A DNA stretch of 64,000 bases from Methylotenera sp. (GTDB lineage: Bacteria > Pseudomonadota > Gammaproteobacteria > Burkholderiales > Methylophilaceae), in assembly GCA_046590165.1 (NCBI GenBank), contig JBKJUR010000017.1, positions 12,330-76,329 of the forward strand, read 5' to 3'. Below the pieces are notes generated by a model. The model was not told the origin of the DNA. It saw only the letters and a program-made list of their open reading frames with translations, and searched no databases. This document shows positions 25,700 to 35,521 of this stretch, in pieces; position 1 is the stretch's first letter; each line of letters starts with the position of its first letter. The position numbers were made by a program, and so were the translations under genes.

Positions 25700-25744
25700 T
25701 GGTGGCCGTGGACAGAATCGAAGTGTCTACACGCGGATTTTCAA
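25700..25744 (-). pseudogene. tRNA-Phe(GAA) 3' half (anticodon loop to CCA), relic attachment site
   Basis: The reverse complement reads TTGAAAA-TCCGC-GTGTA-GACAC-TTCGATT-CTGTC-CACGGCC-A-CCA. It parallels E. coli tRNA-Phe (TTGAAAA-TCCCC-GTGTC-CTTGG-TTCGATT-CCGAG-TCCGGGC-A-CCA, from memory). There is no 5' half upstream, and the T-stem has one C-C mismatch. Confidence 0.75.
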
Positions 25745-25961
25745 TTGTAAAATTATCATTTATATAGTGTTATAGGCTCGCCCTCACTCGTTTATGCTCG
25801 TTAAGGTGATGACATTTCACAAAGTAAAACAAAACAAGAGTAGTTAGGTGAATAATTTTTAGAAAAGTCTACAAACCCTAAAATTATCGAGGAAAATTAT
25901 ATGGCAAGCTCCTTTAATTATGATTAAATAGGATAAAACTTTCTAAGTTAAGTGAGCCAAT

Positions 25962-26354
25962 ATGGCAATTGAACTCTTATGTTTAGTCTGGTCCGTGGTA
26001 TTGGGACTTACCCACATTTTAATAGCTGGGCAAGCGCGAACTAATGAACTAGGTACTAAATGGAATACAAGTGCAAGAGATGGTGTGCAACCTGTTTTGA
26101 GCACCGTAACTAATCGGCTGTTTAGAGCACAAGCAAATTTCTTTGAAACATTTCCACTATTTGCAGTTGTAATATTAATAACTGCCGTCACTCAACTTTA
26201 TTCAATATACAGTCAGATCGGAGCAATCTTATATCTTGTAGCAAGATCTGTTTACCTTCCCTTGTATGCTTTTGGAATTCCTTATATCCGTACTGTTGTT
26301 TGGTTAATTTCGTTACTAAGAATTATGTTAGTGTTGTTTCCACTTGTCTTTTGA
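25962..26354 (+). CDS. MAPEG-family membrane protein
   Basis: 130 aa with about 4 TM segments. ...RLFRAQANFFETFPLFAVVILI... is typical of bacterial MAPEG proteins. Confidence 0.65.
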   Translation: MAIELLCLVWSVVLGLTHILIAGQARTNELGTKWNTSARDGVQPVLSTVTNRLFRAQANFFETFPLFAVVILITAVTQLYSIYSQIGAILYLVARSVYLPLYAFGIPYIRTVVWLISLLRIMLVLFPLVF

Positions 26355-26452
26355 TTAGTGTCAGACGTAACATAAATTTATTGAATTCATTTAGCATTTA
26401 GGAGTTCAGGCTATTCTGAATTGGCTTATCTTATATTTTTAAAGTCGATGGT

Positions 26453-26986
26453 TTACTCTAAGCTATCAACTCCATTCCATACAGCCACGCCATCTGGACT
26501 TGTGATAAATTTCTTTTCATACACTTTATAGATGAGTTTATTAACTTCTTTAAACTCACTTAATAATTTATCACAATCGGCTCTATTCGCAGCCTCACAC
26601 CGAAACGCCATATCCACATTCACGTGATCTGTAGAGCCGACGTCTATTATTCGTTTAACTACACTAGGGTGTGCATAATGCCCACCTTCGGTAAATGCCC
26701 ATTCAATATATTTACCTTCTTTAACAACATACCAAGGACCAGTTCGCTCTTGCCAACCGAAGGGTTTGGTATTGGCTTTTAAAACAGTATCTTTGCGCTC
26801 TTTAACTGAATTGATCGCCATTGCGATAGTTGGATAGCCAATTTCAATGACATATGCCGGATCTACTTGAGTTATTTTTTTAGATTTGACGTTGCCCTTC
26901 TTTTTACTCGAAGTTTTTGTTAAAGCATCTGCATTTATTGATGCAAGGCCAATTAAAATGGCTAGTATGTAAACAATGATTTTCAA
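26453..26986 (-). CDS. Secreted hypothetical protein (177 aa)
   Basis: A signal peptide (MKIIVYILAILIGLASINA) followed by a Lys-rich linker. No motif recognised. Confidence 0.5.
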   Translation of the reverse strand: MKIIVYILAILIGLASINADALTKTSSKKKGNVKSKKITQVDPAYVIEIGYPTIAMAINSVKERKDTVLKANTKPFGWQERTGPWYVVKEGKYIEWAFTEGGHYAHPSVVKRIIDVGSTDHVNVDMAFRCEAANRADCDKLLSEFKEVNKLIYKVYEKKFITSPDGVAVWNGVDSLE

Positions 26987-27551
26987 TTAAATCTAATAAC
27001 TTGTCTGTTCAGATTAGTAACGAGGAGTAAGGGTTAACCGTAAGCAGCTCTCAGTGAACTGCTCTTTTATGGCTGTAGTTGACAAGAGTTCCTTAATGGC
27101 GACAAGTTCAGCTGCGCGCTTTCCCATTGTATTCATTTTAAAATACCAGCTTAGTCTCGTCTTGCCCCATATCATACATCAGCTCAGTTAGCTGTAATGT
27201 TGATCGCAATTGTAAAATGTCCCTAGGGCCGCTTTTAAATTCACGAAGAGGTAGGGCTAAAAGGAGACGGTTATGCACTTTTCTGGTCGAATTGTAAGTA
27301 ATTGACATCAATAATTTTCAAAAAAATCACTTTTAATGAATCACTTACCCACTCGAAATTTAGTAATTGAATATACTATTAATCATACGTCATGTCCGTT
27401 AACTAGCATAACGAAATTAACTGTGATATGGAATGTCCAAGAATTAATAAACAAATAGTCTTTCTTGGATGGATGTTTTTGGCCCAGAGCGGTCATTTAC
27501 CTCCTAAAAATAATTGAGAAATGAGTGTTGCCATTGTGTAAAAGATGCGCC

Positions 27552-29354
27552 TTATAAACAATTCTCTGTGGCTCCTTTTTTTAGGAATACTGAATGAACA
27601 AATGAAGAATCTCTACCTGTATAAAATTTTCTAACTATTCCTGTTCTGTAAGTGATACGAACTGATCGATTATAATTACGATTGAAAAGCTCGAAATCAG
27701 GATGGTTGATTATTTCTTCTAATGTTAGATTTGATCTACTTTTAAATGTTTTTCTAAATTCAATAAAAACTATATCTTCTTCTGGATTTGTAGCAGTCTC
27801 CATATCATCTGAATCATTATCGCTATCAAACTCCCACGGCATAATATGCTGTTGGTCATAAACCAATTCTATTTTAGTGATAAATTTAATTAGGAATTGG
27901 TTCAGTGTTGATCGAAAAATGTAATCATCTTGATGATCTTCAATCTTAGAAATCATTTGTTTTAGTTCTACTGTATTGAATAACTTTACAGTGGCTGATT
28001 CTTCATCTATGAGTTTTTTTATATTAATTATTTCAGATTCAAGTTGATGAATTTCTAGATCTAATAAATTTTGTTTAGTTATGAATTTCTTTCTGACGTT
28101 ATCAGATAATTCTTTTTCAATACTTAAATCCATCGCACGATCTAGTTCTTCTTCTTTATTCTTTTTATTTGAAATTACAGCGCTCATCTGATCACTCAGG
28201 GACACTTTCTTATCGTCAGATGATATATCTATTAACTCAGAAAAATTAATCTCTCTAAGGTGCTTAAAAAGCATCCCTTCAAATTCTGATAAATTCCAAC
28301 TCGGTAATTGACACCCCGCAGATACATTTTTATTCGAGCAAACAAGATATTTTCCACTTTTTGATTTTGAATTGTGATTTCTGATCATTATTCTGTAACC
28401 ACAAAGGCCACAATGTAATAATCCAGAAAACAAGTTGGTGAAATTGCTGCCTTTCCTGCCCTTGCCTGAAACAGATCTCTTACCGATGGCAACTTGAGCA
28501 AGTAGAAATGTTTGCTCATCAATGACTTTGGGATAATAGTCGCTAACAGGCTCATCAATTTTTTTTCGTTTGCCGTCAATATAATGATGAGGTGTTAGCT
28601 CTCCAATAACAGAACGATTTTCGATGATTTTTTTAATATAAGAAACATACCAGATTTTACCTTTACCAAATTGTGGAGTATTGGTTTCATTCAGATGCCG
28701 TGCAATTGAGTATAGACCGCATGTGTTGATACACATATCAAATATCTTTATAACAATCTCACCTCGTTCTGGAACAATTACGAATTTTTCAGATTTTTCA
28801 TCGTATTCCAACCAAGCTGGACAATTTCGAGTGAGTATTTTACTTTGAGCGTTATTACGTTTGTTAATCCATGATGCAATTAACCTTTTCGATTTAATTT
28901 CTGATTCTTCATTGGCTCTGAACATTACACCAAGGCTTATGAATAATGATCCAGAATTAGAATCAATGATTTTTTTAGTGTATTTTTGGTTGTCAATTAG
29001 TGTGACAATTTCTATATCTTTTTTTAATATACTAAAAAACTGTGGCATTGCCTCAGATATTTTATCTCGTGATAATCGGTCAAGACTTTCAATGAGTAAT
29101 ACGCTATTTTTCTCAATATTCCCTTGTTCTAATGCTTCTAAGAATATTGCAAGAACCCCTTTTTGAGTGTTTTTTCCGTTGAATCCAGAAACACCAATAT
29201 CGCGTAGTACAACACCATCAATGGAGTTTACTAATTCAAGATTATTATTAATAGCATAGGTTTCTGATGCTTCAAGCTGACGTCTTAGACTATCTCCTTT
29301 AAGTTGGATGTCTGTTGACATTCGGATATAAGAATAAGCTTTTCTAATTTTCAT
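27552..29354 (-). CDS. Large serine recombinase (integrase of the comM island)
   Basis: The N-terminal resolvase catalytic domain has YSYIRMSTDIQ (nucleophile Ser) and ESLDRLSRD. A recombinase domain follows, then a Cys-rich zinc ribbon (LLHCGLCGYRIM...YLVCSNKNVSAGC) and a coiled-coil region. 600 aa. The ATG lies 38 bp from the attR crossover. Confidence 0.92.
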   Translation of the reverse strand: MKIRKAYSYIRMSTDIQLKGDSLRRQLEASETYAINNNLELVNSIDGVVLRDIGVSGFNGKNTQKGVLAIFLEALEQGNIEKNSVLLIESLDRLSRDKISEAMPQFFSILKKDIEIVTLIDNQKYTKKIIDSNSGSLFISLGVMFRANEESEIKSKRLIASWINKRNNAQSKILTRNCPAWLEYDEKSEKFVIVPERGEIVIKIFDMCINTCGLYSIARHLNETNTPQFGKGKIWYVSYIKKIIENRSVIGELTPHHYIDGKRKKIDEPVSDYYPKVIDEQTFLLAQVAIGKRSVSGKGRKGSNFTNLFSGLLHCGLCGYRIMIRNHNSKSKSGKYLVCSNKNVSAGCQLPSWNLSEFEGMLFKHLREINFSELIDISSDDKKVSLSDQMSAVISNKKNKEEELDRAMDLSIEKELSDNVRKKFITKQNLLDLEIHQLESEIINIKKLIDEESATVKLFNTVELKQMISKIEDHQDDYIFRSTLNQFLIKFITKIELVYDQQHIMPWEFDSDNDSDDMETATNPEEDIVFIEFRKTFKSRSNLTLEEIINHPDFELFNRNYNRSVRITYRTGIVRKFYTGRDSSFVHSVFLKKGATENCL

Positions 29355-29394
29355 CTTTGAATTATACTATTGAAATAATAGTATACAATATCAC

Positions 29395-30856
29395 TATTGT
29401 TGGTTTGCCTGAAGCGGAAGTCAAAGAAAGCAAAGACCGGGTTCGCGCTGCTTTGCAAACTGCGCAGTTTGAGTTTCCAGCAAGGCGTATTACGGTAAAT
29501 CTGGCGCCAGCGGACTTGCCAAAGGAAAGTGGACGTTACGATTTGCCGATTGCATTGGGTATATTGGCGGCTTCTGGACAGATTCCTACGGAGCCATTAA
29601 GTCATTATGAGTTTGCCGGTGAATTGGCACTCACTGGCGAATTACGTCCTATACGCGGTGCCTTGGCAATGACTTCCAGTATGATACGAAGTCAAAATCA
29701 TTCAGCCAATCAGAAGTTAGAACAAGCTGGGTCAGCTGAGACTAGTACGACCTCAAAACGGGCGTTTATTTTGCCCCAAACTAGTGCGGCGGAAGCTGCA
29801 CTCGTTCGTGAAGCGATAATTTATCCTGCAAAATCGTTACTTGAAGTGTGTGCACATTTAAGTGGTCATACAGCGTTAAAACAACTAGGGCCCGTAGATA
29901 ATTTTACAGAAATCAATTATCCGGATTTTAATGATGTAAAGGCGCAAAGTATGCCTAAACGTGCCTTAGAAATTGCTGCTGCGGGCGGCCATAGTGTGAT
30001 TTTAAGTGGCCCTCCAGGTACTGGTAAAAGTATGCTTGCATCAAGATTTGTAGGCATATTGCCAACTATGACTGAAACAGAAGCGCTTGAATCTGCTGCG
30101 ATACAATCACTTAATGGCGGTTACAAGTTAGAAAACTGGAAGCGCAGACCTTACCGAGCGCCGCATCACACGGCATCTGGCGTGGCATTAGTAGGCGGTG
30201 GAAGTATTCCACGCCCAGGCGAAATTAGTTTGGCGCATCATGGCGTTTTGTTTTTAGATGAATTACCCGAGTTTGACCGTAAAGTATTAGAAGTGTTACG
30301 TGAACCACTTGAGAGTGGTCATATCACTATTTCTCGCGCTGCTAGGCAGGCAGATTTTCCAGCCAGCTTTCAACTGATCGCTGCGATGAATCCATGCCCA
30401 TGTGGGTATTTAGGGCATCACAATAATAAATGTCGCTGTACGCCAGACCAAGTGTCACGTTATAAAGCCAAGATTTCAGGCCCGCTGTTAGATCGCATCG
30501 ACTTACATATTGAGGTGCCTGCGCTAAAAGAGGATGAACTGGTTAAAGCGAGTGAAAGTGAGTATTCACATGCTATCAAAATGAGAGTAGAAAGTGCCCG
30601 TGCAAAACAGTTAAGTCGACAAGGCAAGCCAAATAATTTACTTGGAACTAAAGAAATCGATACGCACTGTATGGCGGATGAGGCTGGTTTGACTTTGCTT
30701 AAAACAGCTATTTCCCGATTAAGTTTATCCGCGCGTGCCTATCATCGGATTTTAAAAGTGGCTCGGACTATAGCAGACTTGGCGGGTGAAGATGCGATAC
30801 AACCTGCACACATAGCAGAAGCTGTGCAATATCGCCGTTATGATAAAACTGCTTAG
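29395..30856 (+). pseudogene. comM: comM/yifB 3' portion (Mg-chelatase-like AAA+ competence protein), separated from its 5' end
   Basis: ...(T)IVGLPEAEVKESKDRVRAAL...GPPGTGKSMLA...GVLFLDELPEF...ARAYHRILKVARTIADL is full-length ComM/YifB apart from the N-terminus. The track ORF start (TTG 29357) lies in island DNA. Confidence 0.92.
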
Positions 30857-30879
30857 TAATTTAGTTATAAGGTAATCAA

Positions 30880-31566
30880 ATGTCTGTTAAAAAAATCTCA
30901 CTAAGAGAGCTGGCTTTAGAAAAAGTCACTGGTTATCCTTCCGCATGGTTGTTGCTAGTGCAATTGGTTAGCATTGTCCTGCATCCCGTTTTAGAAACAG
31001 CCAAGTTTAACCAAGCAATATTTAGTTGTTTTAATGTAGCGGCACTGGCATTAGCCGTTTGGGTAGTGAATCGTAGTCCAGCTATTAACTGGGTAGCATG
31101 GGTATTGGCTGTGCCAGCCGTAATATTAACGGCCATGTACGTAGTGAATGAAAATACACAATATTTGCTATGGGCACAAATTCTAGAAAGTATCATGTAT
31201 CTTTACACCGCCATTGGCTTAGTGATGTACATGTTTAATGACGATATTATCACCCGTGATGAACTGTTCGCGGCCGCCACAACTTTTACTGTATTAGCTT
31301 GGGGCTTTGCGCTTGCCTATGCGGTATGCCAGCAAATTTATCCTGGCAGCATTACCGGAATGCTTAATCAAGACCAGCCGCGCACTTGGGTGGAATTGAT
31401 ATTTTTAAGTTTTTCTATACTTTCCAGCACAGGTTATGGGGATGTGATGCTGGTTCATCCAATCGCCAAAGTAATCGGAACATTCCAAATGTTTATCGGT
31501 TTAATGTACATGGCGCTGATAGTCTCGCGGCTTGTTACGCTCATGTCGCCAATACGCAGAGATTAG
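30880..31566 (+). CDS. Two-TM-pore potassium channel-like membrane protein
   Basis: Contains the K+ selectivity-filter sequence SSTGYGDV and is multi-TM. Confidence 0.75.
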   Translation: MSVKKISLRELALEKVTGYPSAWLLLVQLVSIVLHPVLETAKFNQAIFSCFNVAALALAVWVVNRSPAINWVAWVLAVPAVILTAMYVVNENTQYLLWAQILESIMYLYTAIGLVMYMFNDDIITRDELFAAATTFTVLAWGFALAYAVCQQIYPGSITGMLNQDQPRTWVELIFLSFSILSSTGYGDVMLVHPIAKVIGTFQMFIGLMYMALIVSRLVTLMSPIRRD

Positions 31567-31623
31567 CATGATAAAATGACGCATATATTTTATGCAGACA
31601 GAATAATTCGTCGAAAGAACTAA

Positions 31624-34600
31624 ATGCAAGACTCCCACACACTCCCCCTAGACATGTCAGCTACTGAGCAGCGGTTGCGTGCTTTATTAGCACAGCGCAT
31701 CTTAATTCTAGATGGCGCGATGGGAACAATGATTCAGCAATACAAGCTGACAGAAGCAGATTACCGAGGCACACGATTCGTTGAATTTGCAGCACCTGCA
31801 GGCCAGCGTGAGCTATTTGTAAAAGGCAATAACGAACTGCTAACCCTTACACAGCCGCAAGTCATTTCAGAGATTCATGAAAAGTATCTAGCCGCAGGCG
31901 CAGATATTATTGAAACCAATACGTTTGGCGCCACTACCGTTGCTCAAGACGATTATCATATGGGGCATCTTGCGTATGAAATGAACGTCGAAGCAGCTAA
32001 ATTAGCTAAAGCGGCTTGCCTTAAATACAGTACACCCGATAAACCGCGCTTTGTAGCAGGCGCATTAGGCCCTACTCCAAAAACGGCCAGCATCTCACCT
32101 GATGTAAATGACCCCGCCGCACGTAACGTGAGTTTTGACCAGTTAGTAGGCGCTTACTTAGAGCAAACGCGAGGCTTAGTGGATGGCGGCGCCGATATTT
32201 TAATGGTGGAAACCATTTTTGATACGCTCAACTGTAAGGCAGCCTTATTCGCGATTGATACTTACTTCGCCGAAACGCAAACCCGTTTGCCAATCATGTT
32301 ATCGGGCACCGTGACTGATGCTTCAGGTCGCATTCTTTCTGGTCAAACGGTCACTGCATTCTGGAACTCAGTGCGTCATGCTAAACCGTTAACCATCGGG
32401 CTAAATTGTGCGTTGGGTGCCACATTAATGCGTCCCTATGTAGATGAACTGTCAAGAATCGCTGATACGTTTGTGTGTATTTATCCTAATGCAGGATTGC
32501 CCAATCCAATGTCTGACACTGGCTTTGATGAAACGCCAGACGTGACGTCTAGCCTGCTCAAAGAATTTGCAGAAAGTGGCTTTTTGAATATGGCTGGCGG
32601 TTGCTGTGGCACTACGCCAGACCATATTCATGCGATTTACAATGAAATAAAATACCTACCGCCGCGCAGGGTGCCAGAGCTACCGCATACTATGAAGCTC
32701 GCGGGTTTAGAACCATTTGTCATAGATGACGAATCGCTCTTTGTAAACGTGGGCGAACGCACCAATGTCACTGGCTCAAAAGCTTTCGCAAGGCTGATTA
32801 TTAACGAGCAATACGATGAAGCGCTCACGGTAGCGCGCCAGCAGGTAGAAAATGGCGCACAAGTGATTGATATCAACATGGATGAAGGCATGCTAGACGC
32901 CATCAAAGCCATGACACATTTCCTGAACTTAATCGCCTCTGAGCCTGACATTGCACGGGTGCCTATCATGATTGACTCAAGTAAATGGAGCGTTATCGAG
33001 GCTGGCTTGAAGTGTGTGCAAGGCAAAGCGATCGTCAATTCAATCTCGATGAAAGAAGGCGAAGCCGAGTTTATTCGCCAAGCTACGCTGTGTAAACGTT
33101 ACGGTGCAGCGGCAATTGTGATGGCCTTTGATGAAAAGGGTCAGGCAGATACCTTTGAACGCAAGATTGAAATCTGCAAACGTGCCTACGATTTATTGGT
33201 GGAAAAAGTAGCGTTTGCGCCAGAAGACATTATTTTTGACCCGAATATCTTTGCCATTGCGACGGGGATTGAAGAGCACAATAATTATGCGGTGGATTTT
33301 ATTAATGCCACCCGTTGGATCAAAGAGAATCTACCTTACGCCAAGATTTCAGGCGGTGTTTCCAATGTAAGTTTCAGTTTTAGGGGTAATGACCCTGCGC
33401 GCGAGGCAATTCACACAGTGTTCCTTTACCACGCCATTAAAGCTGGTATGACCATGGGTATTGTCAATGCTGGCATGATGGGTGTGTACGATGATTTAAC
33501 CCCTGAATTAAAAGAACGTGTTGAAGATGTAGTATTAAATCGGGTTGTGGATGAGAACAACCTATTAGCCGCCACCGAACGCATGATTGAAATTGCTAGC
33601 ACGTTAGTAGCAGGCGGTAAAAAAGAAGCTGCAACGTTAGAGTGGCGCGGCACGGCTGAAGCGCCGACGCCAGTGGAAAAACGCTTAAGTCACGCCATGG
33701 TGCATGGCATTACAGAGTTCATCGTAGGAGATACTGAAGAAGCTCGCGCTGCAGTTGAGGCCAAAGGCGGCAGACCGATTCATGTGATTGAAGGTCCGCT
33801 AATGGATGGCATGAATGTCGTCGGTGACTTGTTTGGGCAAGGCAAGATGTTTTTGCCGCAAGTAGTTAAATCCGCCCGCGTCATGAAATCCGCCGTGGCA
33901 CATTTAATTCCATTCATTGAGGCTGAAAAAGCCGCTGATGAAGCTAGAACAGGCATTGTCGCCAAGCCTAAAGGCAAAATGGTGATTGCTACGGTAAAAG
34001 GCGATGTGCATGACATCGGCAAAAATATCGTATCGGTCGTGTTGCAATGCAATAATTTTGAAGTGGTTAACATGGGTGTCATGGTGCCAGCCTCAGAGAT
34101 TCTTGCCATGGCTAAAGCGGAAAATGCCGATATTATCGGTTTGTCAGGCTTGATCACGCCTTCGCTTGAAGAGATGGCGCATATTGCAAAAGAAATGCAG
34201 CGTGACCCTTATTTCAAAGGTTTAAAAATGCCTTTGTTAATCGGCGGTGCTACTACTTCGCGCGCTCACACCGCCGTTAAAATCGCCCCGCATTATGATG
34301 GGCCGATTATTTACGTGGCTGACGCCTCACGGTCGGTCTCAGTCATGCAGTCGCTACTCACGTTAGAGACGCGTGATGCTTATATCGCTGAAGTCGCCAC
34401 TGATTACGAAAAAGCGCGTACGCAACATGCCAATAAAAAGGGCACGCCGATGCTCACCATTGCACAGGCGCGGGCTAATAAAGCCAAGCTTTCATTTACA
34501 GGCGAAAATACACCTGTAAAGCCTAAATTTATTGGTCGGCGTGAAATTAAAAATACCGATTTAAGTATCATCGCCCAATACATTGATTGGACACCATTCT

Positions 34601-35430
34601 TTCAAACATGGGATTTAGCCGGGTTTTACCCTGCTATTTTGAAAGATGAAGTAGTAGGGGATGCAGCGACCAAACTATTTGCTGAAGCACAAGCTATGCT
34701 GAAGAAAATCATTGATGGCCGCTGGTTAACTGCTAATGGCGTAGTGGCGTTGCTGCCTGCCAATATGGTGAATGACGATGATATTGAGATTTACACGGAT
34801 GAAACGCGCAACCAATTAGCATTTACATATTATGGTATGCGTCAGCAAACGGTTAAGCCTGTTATTGAAGGTGTGCCACGCCCTAACCAGTGCTTAGCAG
34901 ATTTCATCGCACCTAAAGGTACCTCAGATTATATTGGCATGTTTGCCGTTACCGCTGGTTTAGGCATTGAAAAGCACGTGAAAAGATTTGAAGACGCGCA
35001 TGATGATTACAGCAGCATCATGTTAAAAGCCCTTGCTGATAGGCTGGCAGAGGCGTTTGCAGAGTATATGCATGAACGTGTTCGACTAGACTTCTGGGGT
35101 TATGCAGCCGATGAAAACTTGACTAAAGAAGCGCTCATCAAAGAGAAATATCAGGGTATTCGCCCTGCGCCAGGTTATCCTGCTTGCCCTGACCATACCG
35201 TAAAACCCGATATGTTTAAGGTGCTGCAAGCTGAGGCGATTGATATGCAGCTTACCGAGTCTTTTGCCATGAGCCCAGGCGCAGCAGTGTCTGGCTTCTA
35301 CTTTGCACATGCCGAATCTAAATATTTTAGTGTGGATAAAATCGGTGAGGATCAATTAGTAGATATGGCGAATCGTCGTGGATTAACAAAAGAGTATTTA
35401 GAGCGGTGGCTGTCACCCAATTTATCTTAA
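31624..35430 (+). CDS. metH: Cobalamin-dependent methionine synthase
   Basis: 1268 aa. The Hcy-binding domain ([11 protein letters not shown]), pterin-binding domain, B12-binding motif ([10 protein letters not shown]) and AdoMet activation domain appear in order. Confidence 0.97.
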   Translation: MQDSHTLPLDMSATEQRLRALLAQRILILDGAMGTMIQQYKLTEADYRGTRFVEFAAPAGQRELFVKGNNELLTLTQPQVISEIHEKYLAAGADIIETNTFGATTVAQDDYHMGHLAYEMNVEAAKLAKAACLKYSTPDKPRFVAGALGPTPKTASISPDVNDPAARNVSFDQLVGAYLEQTRGLVDGGADILMVETIFDTLNCKAALFAIDTYFAETQTRLPIMLSGTVTDASGRILSGQTVTAFWNSVRHAKPLTIGLNCALGATLMRPYVDELSRIADTFVCIYPNAGLPNPMSDTGFDETPDVTSSLLKEFAESGFLNMAGGCCGTTPDHIHAIYNEIKYLPPRRVPELPHTMKLAGLEPFVIDDESLFVNVGERTNVTGSKAFARLIINEQYDEALTVARQQVENGAQVIDINMDEGMLDAIKAMTHFLNLIASEPDIARVPIMIDSSKWSVIEAGLKCVQGKAIVNSISMKEGEAEFIRQATLCKRYGAAAIVMAFDEKGQADTFERKIEICKRAYDLLVEKVAFAPEDIIFDPNIFAIATGIEEHNNYAVDFINATRWIKENLPYAKISGGVSNVSFSFRGNDPAREAIHTVFLYHAIKAGMTMGIVNAGMMGVYDDLTPELKERVEDVVLNRVVDENNLLAATERMIEIASTLVAGGKKEAATLEWRGTAEAPTPVEKRLSHAMVHGITEFIVGDTEEARAAVEAKGGRPIHVIEGPLMDGMNVVGDLFGQGKMFLPQVVKSARVMKSAVAHLIPFIEAEKAADEARTGIVAKPKGKMVIATVKGDVHDIGKNIVSVVLQCNNFEVVNMGVMVPASEILAMAKAENADIIGLSGLITPSLEEMAHIAKEMQRDPYFKGLKMPLLIGGATTSRAHTAVKIAPHYDGPIIYVADASRSVSVMQSLLTLETRDAYIAEVATDYEKARTQHANKKGTPMLTIAQARANKAKLSFTGENTPVKPKFIGRREIKNTDLSIIAQYIDWTPFFQTWDLAGFYPAILKDEVVGDAATKLFAEAQAMLKKIIDGRWLTANGVVALLPANMVNDDDIEIYTDETRNQLAFTYYGMRQQTVKPVIEGVPRPNQCLADFIAPKGTSDYIGMFAVTAGLGIEKHVKRFEDAHDDYSSIMLKALADRLAEAFAEYMHERVRLDFWGYAADENLTKEALIKEKYQGIRPAPGYPACPDHTVKPDMFKVLQAEAIDMQLTESFAMSPGAAVSGFYFAHAESKYFSVDKIGEDQLVDMANRRGLTKEYLERWLSPNLS

Positions 35431-35521
35431 TATTAAGAATTAAAAATAGCATATATCAAATAAAAAGTGCTTATAAACTATGTATTTGCTAAAATTAGTT
35501 AACTTAACACTTTAGTTTAAT

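Larger units (their letters stand above)
2975..29394. mobile_element. ~26.4-kb genomic island integrated in comM by a large serine recombinase (mosaic, with a nested element)
   Basis: comM is split at a shared ACTAT core (2973-2977 and 29393-29397). Imperfect inverted repeats lie at the ends (2979-2995 TTGTGTACTATTAATTT; 29373-29388 AAATAATAGTATACAA). The serine recombinase gene is at the right end. Backbone GC is far below that of the flanking core genes. Confidence 0.88.

Noticed and set aside
27374-27383. TACTATTAAT, a 10-mer identical to the island's left-end arm (2984-2993), inside the island
   Set aside because: It could be a pseudo-att site. However, it has no flanking palindromic partner or AC-centred symmetry, and a chance match in about 20-30% GC DNA is plausible.
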